A DNA stretch of 64,000 nt from Verrucomicrobiaceae bacterium (GTDB taxonomy: Bacteria > Verrucomicrobiota > Verrucomicrobiia > Opitutales > Intestinicryptomonadaceae), in NCBI GenBank assembly GCA_015061955.1, contig SUVO01000001.1, forward strand, positions 2,233 to 66,232. Direction: 5' to 3'. A program made the translations under genes and the position numbers. Positions within the stretch are counted from its first letter, which is position 1; each line of letters opens with the position of its first letter. The notes below the pieces were generated by a model that did not search any database, was not told the DNA's origin, and saw only the letters and a program-made list of their open reading frames with translations. Below, piece by piece: positions 11,508-21,500 of this stretch.

Positions 11508-12667
11508 AAATAAAATCATTTTTTTTAACATTCATAGCTTGTATTGTTGCAATATCCTCGTTTGCACGCGATATATGGACACCAGAACAAGCAAATGCGT
11601 GGTACGCAAAACAGCCATTTAGAGCTGGTGTAAATTACATTCCATCGTACGCAATAAATACAATCGAAGTTTGGCAGAAAGAAACATTTAAGCTTGATGT
11701 TTTTGAGAAAGAATTTGCATTGATGGAATCAATAGGCTTCAACGCAATTCGTTTGTTCCTCAATGATCTTGTAGTTAATGACGATCCTAAAGGTTTCCTT
11801 GAACGCTTCGAGCAAGTTTTGAAGGCTGCCGATAAGCATGGGATTGGTGTTATGGTCGTATTTTTTACGAACGGAGGTAGAACAGATGGTACGCTTGGAA
11901 AACAACCTGAACCAGATGGAACGCACAATTCAGGTTGGCGTAGACAGCCTGCATATTCTATTCTGCGAGATAAATCGAAGTGGGGACATCTCGAGTTTTA
12001 TGTTAAAACGGTTGTTGGTGCGTATGCAAAAGACCCACGTATTATTTGTTGGGATGTTTTCAATGAACCAGGTAATATAAAAAGCGATCATATTGTAGGA
12101 GGTGGAAAAGGTTTGACAGAAGCAGATATGGAACATCTGCGTCGTTGTAGCCTCGATTTGGTCAGAGAAAGTGCCAAATGGACGCTTTCGTTTGATCCAA
12201 TTCAACCTATTACGTATTGTTTGTGGTCTCGTACACCGAAGGGCTTTGAGAAAGTTCAGATTGAAAATAGCGATATTCTTTCGTTCCATTCCTATGGTGG
12301 CTTAGGTCAACAAGTTCAACGTTATAAAAAACTGAAGAAGCATAATAGACCTGTTTTATGTACGGAATGGTTGGGGCGTTCTACAGGTAGTACGTTTAAT
12401 CCGATTTTAGAATTCCATAAAGACAATAATATATGGTCGTTTGCTTTTGGCTTTGTTGCTGGAAAAATGGAAACGTGGCGTAATTGGCCAGCTATGGACG
12501 ATTCGGAAATTAGAAGCATATGGTTCCACGATTTGTATCGTGCCGACCATACTCCATATTGCCCAGAAGAAATTGCTTACATAAAGCGAATTTTGAAGGG
12601 CGAAAACGCATGCAAAACTCCTTCTAAAAAGAAAAATAAACCACGCAAAGTCGGTAAATACTTCTAA
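11504..12667 (+). CDS. secreted clan GH-A (GH5-like) glycoside hydrolase, paralog 3 of 3, with a basic C-terminal tail
   Basis: Same motifs (WDVFNEPGN, CTEWLGR). Its start overlaps the paralog 2 stop in an ATGA junction. It ends in a Lys/Arg-rich tail (KTPSKKKNKPRKVGKYF). Confidence 0.55.
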   Translation: MKIKSFFLTFIACIVAISSFARDIWTPEQANAWYAKQPFRAGVNYIPSYAINTIEVWQKETFKLDVFEKEFALMESIGFNAIRLFLNDLVVNDDPKGFLERFEQVLKAADKHGIGVMVVFFTNGGRTDGTLGKQPEPDGTHNSGWRRQPAYSILRDKSKWGHLEFYVKTVVGAYAKDPRIICWDVFNEPGNIKSDHIVGGGKGLTEADMEHLRRCSLDLVRESAKWTLSFDPIQPITYCLWSRTPKGFEKVQIENSDILSFHSYGGLGQQVQRYKKLKKHNRPVLCTEWLGRSTGSTFNPILEFHKDNNIWSFAFGFVAGKMETWRNWPAMDDSEIRSIWFHDLYRADHTPYCPEEIAYIKRILKGENACKTPSKKKNKPRKVGKYF

Positions 12668-12686
12668 GAAACTATTTATAAAATTT

Positions 12687-12716
12687 AAGGCACTCTAAAT
12701 TGAGTGCCTTTTTTGT
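12687..12716 (+). terminator. rho-independent terminator after the glycoside hydrolase triplet
   Basis: aaggcactc, loop taaatt, gagtgcctt, then TTTTTT. Confidence 0.6.
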
Positions 12717-12736
12717 AAAAAAATGTAATTTTTTGC

Positions 12737-12766
12737 TTGACAAAGATTATTAGGGGGGGGTAGCAT
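12737..12766 (+). promoter_or_regulatory. putative promoter of the PEP-CTERM gene with a G8 homopolymer in the spacer
   Basis: TTGACA (12737-12742), an 18-nt spacer that contains GGGGGGGG (12753-12760), then TAGCAT (12761-12766). It lies about 30 nt upstream of the ATG at 12795. Confidence 0.35.
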
Positions 12767-12794
12767 TTGCCAACTAATTTAATAAAGATATATT

Positions 12795-13976
12795 ATGAAA
12801 AAAATTCTTGCATTAGTTTGTGCAACAGCACTATTTACATCGGCATTCGCTTTAAATGTCAGCGAAGATAAAACTATTGTTAATGGTACAGATACCATCA
12901 ACTTTACAGCACCAAATGTTACCCTTACTATTACTGGTAAATTTGATAAGTTGTGGTATTCGCCACGTGCAAATTTTGGTGATGATTATGTATATACCGA
13001 AGGTGACAAAGTTACAGTAAAGTTGGAATATGGCGCATCTCTTGTATTGGATGCTTCTCAAGGGGGCTTGTTTGGTGGTGATTCAGTTTCTACAAGTAAA
13101 GTTGATATGCATATTACTGGTGGTGGTACAATATCTACAACTCTCGAATCTATTACAACTACAAATAATAGAGGGAAACTCTACTTAGACGCATTTACCG
13201 ATTTTACTAATGCCACATATAACATTGGGTCTGCAACACAACCCACAAATCTTACATTATCAAATGCGTTGGTAGTTAACAAACTTACACTTTCAAAAGG
13301 TTCAGTTTTAACAATGTCTTCCGATGATGATTCTTCGGCAGATATTTCTGTTTTAGGTTCTTCATCAACAATCAATGGGAATTTTGTTCAAACTGCAGGT
13401 AGATACGAGGCATTAAATACAACAACAGTTGTAACTGGTACTCTTGATTTGGCTGTTTCAAAAGGTTTTGTATCACGTTGGTTAACTATTGGTAATGGTT
13501 CTACAATTATTATTCGTGCCAATAATGCAATCATGCAGAGCGAAACAGCATATCGTGTTTTTGGTATGTCTAAAGATGCAGTATCAACATTGAAACTTTA
13601 TGCCGATCAACAGTTCGCTGATTTGTGGTTTGATAATGCTAATACTACTGGAACTTTGAATGCTTATACAAATGGCAATGCGCTTACTTTTACTGGTATA
13701 AATTCAACAGGTACTCTCAATATTTTTATTGAAGAAGATTTTTCGTGGGAAAATGATAAAATCCACTTTACAAATGCAACAGTAGAGAGAGTTGTATCAA
13801 TCTTGGGTACAATTACCATTGGTGATACTGTTATTGATAAATCGTTTTGGGATATTGTAAGCGACGGTAATAAAGGTGTATATGTAAACTTGACTCAAGT
13901 TCCAGAGCCAGCCGAATGGGCTCTCATCTTCGGAGCGATAGCACTCGGCTTCATCGCCTATCGTCGCAGAAAGTAA
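12795..13976 (+). CDS. PEP-CTERM sorting-domain surface protein (Thr/Ser/Asn-rich)
   Basis: Signal peptide, then a low-complexity T/S/N/G-rich body likely forming a beta-helix or beta-solenoid. The C-terminus is VPEPAEW-ALIFGAIALGFIAY-RRRK: a canonical PEP motif, TM helix and basic cluster. Confidence 0.7.
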   Translation: MKKILALVCATALFTSAFALNVSEDKTIVNGTDTINFTAPNVTLTITGKFDKLWYSPRANFGDDYVYTEGDKVTVKLEYGASLVLDASQGGLFGGDSVSTSKVDMHITGGGTISTTLESITTTNNRGKLYLDAFTDFTNATYNIGSATQPTNLTLSNALVVNKLTLSKGSVLTMSSDDDSSADISVLGSSSTINGNFVQTAGRYEALNTTTVVTGTLDLAVSKGFVSRWLTIGNGSTIIIRANNAIMQSETAYRVFGMSKDAVSTLKLYADQQFADLWFDNANTTGTLNAYTNGNALTFTGINSTGTLNIFIEEDFSWENDKIHFTNATVERVVSILGTITIGDTVIDKSFWDIVSDGNKGVYVNLTQVPEPAEWALIFGAIALGFIAYRRRK

Positions 13977-14760
13977 AGCAAAACCGTGAGGAGCTTGCTT
14001 TAGTGGTGGTGGTTTTTACTAATAATGAATAAATGCGTTTCTTTAGAAACGCATTTTTTTTATAAATATAACCACCACCAAAGCAAGCAGTTTGATTATT
14101 ATTCGGTTTTATTTCGGACTTACGTACATAGTACGCTACGCCTCATAAAACGCGAATTCTAATGCAAACCTCACGATTTTGTACTTGCAACACGAACCTT
14201 ATTCTAAATCTTAAAACGTGCGAGAGCGCGTTTTCTTTGATGATGAGTTTTAATTTACACTATAAGGAACTTCGATGAAGTGCCTTTTTTTATTAAATAA
14301 ACTCATCAAAGAAAACACTTTACCCTCCATTTTGGTTTTAGCTTCGACTGCAGTGCGTAGCACAGCAACGCTCGCTAAAACGCAAAAGCATCGGGACAAT
14401 CTCGCACGTTTAAAACGTGCGAGGACGGTGTCTCGATTGCGAAAAATATTTATATAGAGATAAGAGCATTCCATTTGGAATGCTCTTTTTGTATAAGATC
14501 GCAATCGAGGCACCTCACAGCTTATGACGCACTTTTGCATCGACTCACGACCAAAGGTCGCTCACGCTCGCAAAAGCGACGTCCTAAGCACGTGCCTCGC
14601 ACGTTTTACTTCTTGCAACCTATGTTGGTTCTAATCTTATGGCTGAATTTTTCTAATAAAAAGTAGAGCCACATGCGAAGCATTGGCGACGGTGCCCAAC
14701 ATATAAAAACACGTTTTACTTCTTGTAACCTATGTTGGTTCTAATGTGTACTATTTTGTA
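13977..14760. repeat. intergenic mosaic of dispersed repeat modules (A, B, A', C, C-partial) at a convergent junction
   Basis: Module A (14213-14316), module B (14323-14411), module A' (14412-14510), module C (14529-14635) and a partial C (14709-14745). Each recurs at 23509-24032 and/or 55283-55810. Confidence 0.7.
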
Positions 14761-14867
14761 AGAGTATAGTGAAGTAATTTTCATTAATTTATAACCATAC
14801 AAATGCTCTATAAACAAAAAAATGCGTATAAAACGCATTTTTTTGGTAAGTTATATAAGTTATATGT

Positions 14868-15770
14868 TTATTGTTTTTTTACAGCTTTATCAGCAATTTT
14901 TTGGAATCGCTTTGCAATGGCATCTTCCATATTATCTGGTATGTATTTTATTTCGGTAGCAGACTTTTTATACAACGTTGCAAACCACACGCATGCTTGC
15001 AGATATTCTCCATATCTATTTAAGTGAATAGTATCGCTATCTATGTACATATAACCTTTTTTTGATTTTCTCCAGTAATATTTACCAACAACATCTCCAG
15101 CTTGTCTTGGCATATCGGGATATTTATACGACTTCAAGTCTGTTGGCACTACAAATGGTTCTTTTATTGCTTTTCTTGCTAATTGAACTGCTCTGCCTGA
15201 ATAGATTTGTTCTAAGCCCAACTTTTCTGCTGCTTCGGCGTAAGCGCTTTCTAATTTATTATACATTTCTTCTTGCGATAATTTCCATTGTTTCAAACGT
15301 GGGCTATCGGCTCTATACGACCACGTTTGTTGAATATATATTTTTGCTGTTGGGCAGTGTTTTTTTACATAATCAACAATATTTTGAGCATATGGAAAGT
15401 ACGATTCTTTTATATAGCTTTTATGGCTGGCTTGCTGAATTGTTACTATATCCCACTTTTTACTTTGTAAGATTTTCTTGAGGGTTGTTGTACCTCCATG
15501 GTAAATTTGTTTACCTTGTTGCTCTTCTTCTGTGATGTATCTCCAGTGGCGATCCAATTCGCAACCACCGAAGTTTGCAAGTTCTAAATCGAGTTTACAA
15601 CCTTCAACCGAGTTTACAACTTTACTAAAGTATGTGTTTAAGCTCCATGTAAAACTATTGCCTATTGTTAGAACTTTCAGTTCTTGAGCAAACGATAGAA
15701 CGCTTGAGCTAATTAAAAATATAAAAAATAATATATAAATTCTGAATGAATGTTTCATATAGTAAGCCAA
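14868..15770 (-). CDS. secreted SGNH/GDSL-like hydrolase (putative esterase)
   Basis: Signal peptide plus a GNSFT block close to the mature N-terminus (TIGNSFTWS), and the size and composition typical of SGNH hydrolases. The assignment is weak. Confidence 0.35.
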   Translation of the reverse strand: MAYYMKHSFRIYILFFIFLISSSVLSFAQELKVLTIGNSFTWSLNTYFSKVVNSVEGCKLDLELANFGGCELDRHWRYITEEEQQGKQIYHGGTTTLKKILQSKKWDIVTIQQASHKSYIKESYFPYAQNIVDYVKKHCPTAKIYIQQTWSYRADSPRLKQWKLSQEEMYNKLESAYAEAAEKLGLEQIYSGRAVQLARKAIKEPFVVPTDLKSYKYPDMPRQAGDVVGKYYWRKSKKGYMYIDSDTIHLNRYGEYLQACVWFATLYKKSATEIKYIPDNMEDAIAKRFQKIADKAVKKQ

Positions 15771-16005
15771 AATAATATTTCAGAATATGTCAAATTTATA
15801 TTATTATGCTGAATGAAAATTTTTCTTGGTTTATTAGAGATGTATTTCAATGTAGTTTTTACCCTTTTTCTACTATAAAAAAATGTAATTTATATAAAAA
15901 ATGGATTGACTTCTAAAGTATTGTTTTAAATATTAAATATGAAAGCGTTTTTACAATGCTCTTATATGCTTTACAAAAATATCAAAAAAACAAAATAATA
16001 TTATT

Positions 16006-17010
16006 ATGAAAATGAAAAAGTTTATCAACGCTCCTGAAAATCTCACAATTGAATTGCTCGAAGGTTTGCAGGCTGCATATCCTAATACACTTAAACTTGA
16101 AGGCAAGGTAGTTGTACGTGCTAAACCAAAGTCGAAAGACAAGGTTGCTGTTATTACCTTAGGTGGTGCTGGTCATGAACCTGCATTGAGTGGTTTTGTT
16201 GGTTATGGTATGCTTGATGCAAGTGTTGTAGGCGATATTTTTGCAGCTCCTAATGCAATGACTTTGTTAGAAGGATTGCGCAAGTTTAAAGACTATGCTG
16301 GCATTTTGCTCGTAGTTCTCAATCACGCAGGTGATGTAATGAGTGCAAATATGGCTTTGAAAATGGCAGCCCGTGAAAATATCAACGTAAAGAGTATTCT
16401 TGTTGCTGAAGATATTAGTGCTGGCTTAGATTCAGATATTAAAGATCGTCGTGGTTTGGCAGGTTGCATTCCACTCATCAAGGTTGCTGGTGATGCCGCA
16501 GAACAAGGTAAGAGCTTAGACGAGGTTTTGGCTGTTGCTGAAAAATTCAATTCGCGTATAGCTACTTTGGCTGTTGCAATGACTGGTTGTACTCATCCTC
16601 AAAATGGCGACCCTATCGCAGAGTTGGGCGAAGATGAAATGGAAATCGGCATGGGTCAGCACGGCGAAGGTGGTGGTGGCAGAATGGAAGTAAAATCTGC
16701 CGACGAAACTGCAAAGATTATGTTTGGTAATTTGGCAAAGGCTGTTGATTTAAAGGCTGGTGAAAAAGTATTTTTAGTTATCAATGGCACAGGTGCATGT
16801 ACTCCAATGGAAATGGCTATTGTATTTCGTGCATGTTCAAAATTGGCAGAAGAAATGGGCGCTAAAGTTGAATGTGGTATAATTGACGAAATACTCACTG
16901 TTCAAGAAATGGCTGGTTTCCAAATGATATTGTGCGTAGTTGACGATGAGCAATTAAAGGCTCTGAATGCTAAGAGTGGCGCACCATATTGGACTTGTTT
17001 GGGAGAATAA
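16006..17010 (+). CDS. dhaK: dihydroxyacetone kinase, DhaK (DHA-binding) subunit
   Basis: Collinear with DhaK from N-terminus (MKKFINAPENL...) to C-terminus; the Dak1-domain His-containing regions are conserved. Confidence 0.8.
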   Translation: MKMKKFINAPENLTIELLEGLQAAYPNTLKLEGKVVVRAKPKSKDKVAVITLGGAGHEPALSGFVGYGMLDASVVGDIFAAPNAMTLLEGLRKFKDYAGILLVVLNHAGDVMSANMALKMAARENINVKSILVAEDISAGLDSDIKDRRGLAGCIPLIKVAGDAAEQGKSLDEVLAVAEKFNSRIATLAVAMTGCTHPQNGDPIAELGEDEMEIGMGQHGEGGGGRMEVKSADETAKIMFGNLAKAVDLKAGEKVFLVINGTGACTPMEMAIVFRACSKLAEEMGAKVECGIIDEILTVQEMAGFQMILCVVDDEQLKALNAKSGAPYWTCLGE

Positions 17011-17012
17011 AA

Positions 17013-17630
17013 ATGAAAAATCTTACTCTCGAAAATTTAAAGGCAATGTTTTCTGCTGCAGCCGAAGTTATTTCGGCTCAAGAAAAGTATCTTTGTGAGC
17101 TCGATGCAACTTGTGGCGATGGCGATCATGGTGTTGCTATTAAAGGAGCTATTTCTGCCGCAAACGATGCTATTCAAGCTTCGACAAATCTCAAAGACGC
17201 GTTTTTCGATGGTGGTATGATGGCTATGTCGAATTCTAATGGTTCAACAAGTTCAATCTATGGAACTTTGTTAATGGGCGTTTCTGAAGGTATTGATGCT
17301 TCGGCGCAAGAGCTTGATGCTCCATCGCTTGCAAAGGCTTTTGAAGTTGGATTGGCTTCTATGCGTGATATCGTAAAAGGTGATGTTGGCGATAAAACTT
17401 GCTTCGATGCACTCATTCCAGCTATTCAAGCTATGGCAGGTAAATCAAGCGTTGAAGAACTCTTGAACGCTGCAGCACAAGAAGCCGATAAAGGTGCAAA
17501 AAATACTGTAAATTTACAGGCAAAATTCGGTAGAGCCAGAAATTTAGGCGAAAAATCTATCGGCACTCTCGATCCTGGTGCAGTTTCAAATGCAATGATT
17601 TTTGAAGCATTCGCAAAGGCTTTTAAATAA
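17013..17630 (+). CDS. dhaL: dihydroxyacetone kinase, DhaL (ADP-binding) subunit
   Basis: Dak2 domain with a DATCGDGDHG motif. The start is set at the ATG at 17013, which follows a ggaga RBS directly after the dhaK stop. Confidence 0.8.
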   Translation: MKNLTLENLKAMFSAAAEVISAQEKYLCELDATCGDGDHGVAIKGAISAANDAIQASTNLKDAFFDGGMMAMSNSNGSTSSIYGTLLMGVSEGIDASAQELDAPSLAKAFEVGLASMRDIVKGDVGDKTCFDALIPAIQAMAGKSSVEELLNAAAQEADKGAKNTVNLQAKFGRARNLGEKSIGTLDPGAVSNAMIFEAFAKAFK

Positions 17631-17658
17631 ATTTAAATACAAATAGTAAGGAAAAATT

Positions 17659-18537
17659 ATGGCAGACGCAGAAGGAAATATCGACGCAAAAAATTATGGA
17701 ATAGGTGTCGAAACAAATAACGAAGGCTTTTTCTTGAAAGGCTCTGGAAATTTAGATTGGGGCGTAAAGGCTCGCTTGTCTCGTATTTTCAATCCAAAGA
17801 GTGGCAATACTGTTATGTTGGCATTCGACCATGGTTATATTATGGGACCAACAAGTGGTTTGGAACGTATGGATTTATCAATTGTTCCTTTAATTGAGTA
17901 TGCTGATTGCATTATGTGTACTCGTGGTTCGTTGCGTTCGGTTGTTCCACCAACATGTAATAAACCAGTTGCTTTGCGTTTCAGTGCAGGTTCTACAATT
18001 CTCACAGAACTCAACAACGAGTGCTTGGCTGGAATTGAAGATGCTATAAAATTAGATGCGTCGGCACTTGCTCCAATGGTTGCAATTGGTGATCCAAATT
18101 TTGAAGCACTGACAATTAAAAATTTGGCGAAGTGTGTAGACTATACTGCACAGTATGGTATTCCAACATTGGGCGTAACTGCTGTTGGTAAAAATTTGGT
18201 TCGCGATGCTCGTTATCTTGGTTTGGCAACTCGTGTATGTGCTGAAAACGGTGCTACATTCGTAAAAACTTACTACTGCGAAGAAGGTTTTGAGAAGGTT
18301 GTAGCTGGTTGTCCAGTTCCTATCGTTATTGCTGGTGGCAAAAAACTTCCAGAAAAAGATGCTCTCGAGTTGGCTTACAAGGCTATTTCAAGTGGTGCAA
18401 GAGGTGTTGATATGGGAAGAAATATTTTCCAATCGGAAAATCCTGTTGCTATGATAAAAGCAGTCAAGGCTGTTGTACACGAAGGTATGAAGCCAGACGA
18501 AGCGTTTGAGCTTTACAGAAGCGAAGTTAATAAATAA
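17659..18537 (+). CDS. class I aldolase of the DhnA/FbaB/LsrF family
   Basis: 292 aa with a VMLAFDHG block and a (beta/alpha)8-barrel-like composition. Its position downstream of dhaKL fits a fructose-6-phosphate or fructose-bisphosphate aldolase type. Confidence 0.55.
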   Translation: MADAEGNIDAKNYGIGVETNNEGFFLKGSGNLDWGVKARLSRIFNPKSGNTVMLAFDHGYIMGPTSGLERMDLSIVPLIEYADCIMCTRGSLRSVVPPTCNKPVALRFSAGSTILTELNNECLAGIEDAIKLDASALAPMVAIGDPNFEALTIKNLAKCVDYTAQYGIPTLGVTAVGKNLVRDARYLGLATRVCAENGATFVKTYYCEEGFEKVVAGCPVPIVIAGGKKLPEKDALELAYKAISSGARGVDMGRNIFQSENPVAMIKAVKAVVHEGMKPDEAFELYRSEVNK

Positions 18538-18557
18538 ATTATAGGAGAGGAATTTAT

Positions 18558-21500
18558 TTGAAAGGACTGTTTATGAAAAAAATCTTTTTTACATTATTTG
18601 TTGCATTTGCTACATCGCTTTTTGCAACACAAAGTAATGACATAAAAAGCATTGCTGATAAATTATATTCAAAGAAAGACACGTTTTTAGATACGGTCCT
18701 TCAAACCCGTTCAAATTATGCGTCGTGGTTGAAAGCGCAACCCGACGCAAACGCAAATTTGAAATTTGGCGATTGGTATGTATCGCAAGCGTTGGAACGT
18801 TATCGTAAAAATGCTTTAAAGTTTGCTAATCCACAAGAAAATGGTATCGATTTAAAAGCCATTTATGGCAGAGAACCTCTTTGGCGTAAGTATGATATCA
18901 AAGATGGAACATTATTCCCATTGTGTTCTACAAATCATCGTTTGTTGCAAACTTGTATAGCTTATGTGGCTCGTGAAATTACTGCCGATGCCGATACTAA
19001 ATTTTCTTTTACAGTTGGTGCTAGAACAAGTAATGTTATAGATGTATTGCTAAATGGTAAATTTTTGAAAACTATCAAAACTGGCGATGCACAATCGTTT
19101 GAAGTCCCACTAAAAAAGGGTAAAAATATTCTTTCGTTTACTATAAAATATTTGGGTAGAATGAATGAAGATGCATTCTACTTTGTGCCATATACTGATC
19201 CAGCAGTAGAACTTACTGCAAAATTGAGAAAAGATTTCCCAACTTTTTATAACGCCTTAACTTCAATGCGTTATTATTATGCCGAAACTCCAGCTTTGTT
19301 GCCTTTCGATTGGTTTGTTGCCAAAGATAATTCGGTTTCGCACAAAGATGTAATTCAGGGTATGATTGAACATTCGCTATTTTCGGCTGGTAAGTTGGAA
19401 GAACGTTTCAAGAAAATTAAAGACGATACATCTGAAAATGCGTCGGTTGAACGTATAAAGCTTTTGGCAGATGGATTTGCTATCTTGTGTGTAGAGCGCG
19501 AGTTTGGTTATTGCATTAAGAATGTAAGATCTGCAATGGAAGATATCAAAAAAACTTACCCAGATTACGATAAAGACGGAAAACTTTTTGCAGAGCTTGC
19601 CGATTGGGAAAAACGTATGCCAGCTCTCTACAATAGCGTTCTTGAAGATGTAAAATTAAATAAACAATCGTCTTTTGCCGAAGCTAAAAAGTTTAATTCT
19701 TTTGCAACAAAGGCATTGCTTGCAAATCCACTTTTAAAGCAGTATCCACAGTGGGTTATGATTAAGCGTGATAAGGGTTCAAGTCGTTTAGGATTGCCAC
19801 AAAATTGGCAAGGTAATTCTACCTTAGCATGTAATCCTTGGTCTTCTAATAATAAGAGACAACCGAAAGTTTGTGCAACTTATAAAGATGAAATTTACAA
19901 GTTCGATATCACAAAACCACAAGAAAAACAGTTGTTGTTTAAGCCTGCAAAAAACAACATCATTTGCGATTTAGATATATCATTCGATGGTAAGAAAATT
20001 TTGTATTCTACCTTAGACGATAAAATGTATTTCCGCATGGACGAACTCGATACCACATCGGGCAAGACAAAAACTATAACGCCAACAATGCACGAGAAAA
20101 TAGATTATTACGATGGTATTTATTTGCCAGATGATCGCATTTTGTTCTGTTCAACTGCGTGTTGGGTGGGTGTTCCTTGTGTGTCGGGTACAGACTCGGT
20201 TGCAAACCTTTATGTAATGGATCCAAATGCAGGTGATGAAAAAGCTGTTGATGAATCTATACGTCAGCTCACTTTCGAGCAAGATGCCGACTGGATGCCT
20301 GTGTTGATGGAAAATGGCAGAATTATGTATACTCGTTGGGAGTACGTTGACAACTCGCACTATTTCTCGCGTATTCTAATGCATATGAATCCTGATGGCA
20401 CTGCACAATCGTCGTTGTATGGTTCTGTTAGTTATTGGCCAAATTCGCTCTTTTACGCACGTCAAATTCCGAACGACCCAAATAAATTTGTTGGTATTGT
20501 ATCGGGGCACCATGGCGTAGCTCGCACAGGTGAGCTTCATTTGTTCGACATTTCTAAAGGAACAAAAGAAGAACAGGGCAGAGTACATCAGTATCCTTCG
20601 CATGGTCGTAAATATGTTGCAGAAACTAAAGACGAACTTGTGCGTGGTAAATTCCCTCAGATTATCCATCCGTATCCTCTTTCAGAAAAATATATTGTTG
20701 CATCGGTACGTCATCACTTGGCAAATCGTATTGGTTTTGCAGTTTGTTTGATTGATAAATTTGACAACATAATAACATTGCAATCGTTTGACGATAATCA
20801 TCATGCTTTCGAGCCATTGCCATTGCAAGCTCGCCAAAAGCCTGTTGAAATTGCCGATAAAACAAATCCAGATTTAGATTATGGCCATGTGTTCCTTAAC
20901 GATATTTATCAGGGAGATGGCTTGAAAGATGTACCTCGCGGAACTGTAAAATCTTTGAGAATTTTGGAATACCATTATGCTTATCGCGATATGGGTTCGC
21001 ATGCTGTAATTGGTAATGAAGGCTCGTGGGACGTAAAACGTATTCATGGTACTGTTCCAGTTCTTGAAGATGGTTCGGCTATGTTCAAAGTTCCAGCAAA
21101 TCGTCCACTTGCACTTCAACCTTTAGACAAAGATGGTAAGGCATTAGCTTTAATGCGTACATGGTTTACTGTAATGCCTGGTGAAGTTCAAAGTTGTGTA
21201 GGTTGCCACGAAGGACAAGGTATGTCGCCAACTTCAAAGCCTGCATTGGCTTCTCGTAAGGCTCCAACAAAAATTAAACCATTTGTTGCTGGTGTGCGTG
21301 GTTATTCGTTCCATAGAGATGTTCAACCTGTTCTCGATAAATATTGCGTAGGTTGTCATAATGGTGGAAATGAAAAATTACCAAACTTTAAGCGTGGCGT
21401 ACGGGGTTATGCACACTTCCCTAAAGCATACTTAGACTTGGCTAAATTTGTGCGTCGCTCTGGTCCAGAATGTAATCAGAATATGCTTACACCTATGGAA

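Noticed and set aside
14250-14666. ORFs of 60-96 aa inside the first repeat block (14250-14540 minus, 14275-14457 plus, 14475-14666 plus).
   Set aside because: They lie entirely within palindromic terminator-bearing repeat modules, and their translations are Arg/Ser/Leu-rich, low-complexity readthrough of hairpins. They are almost certainly non-coding.
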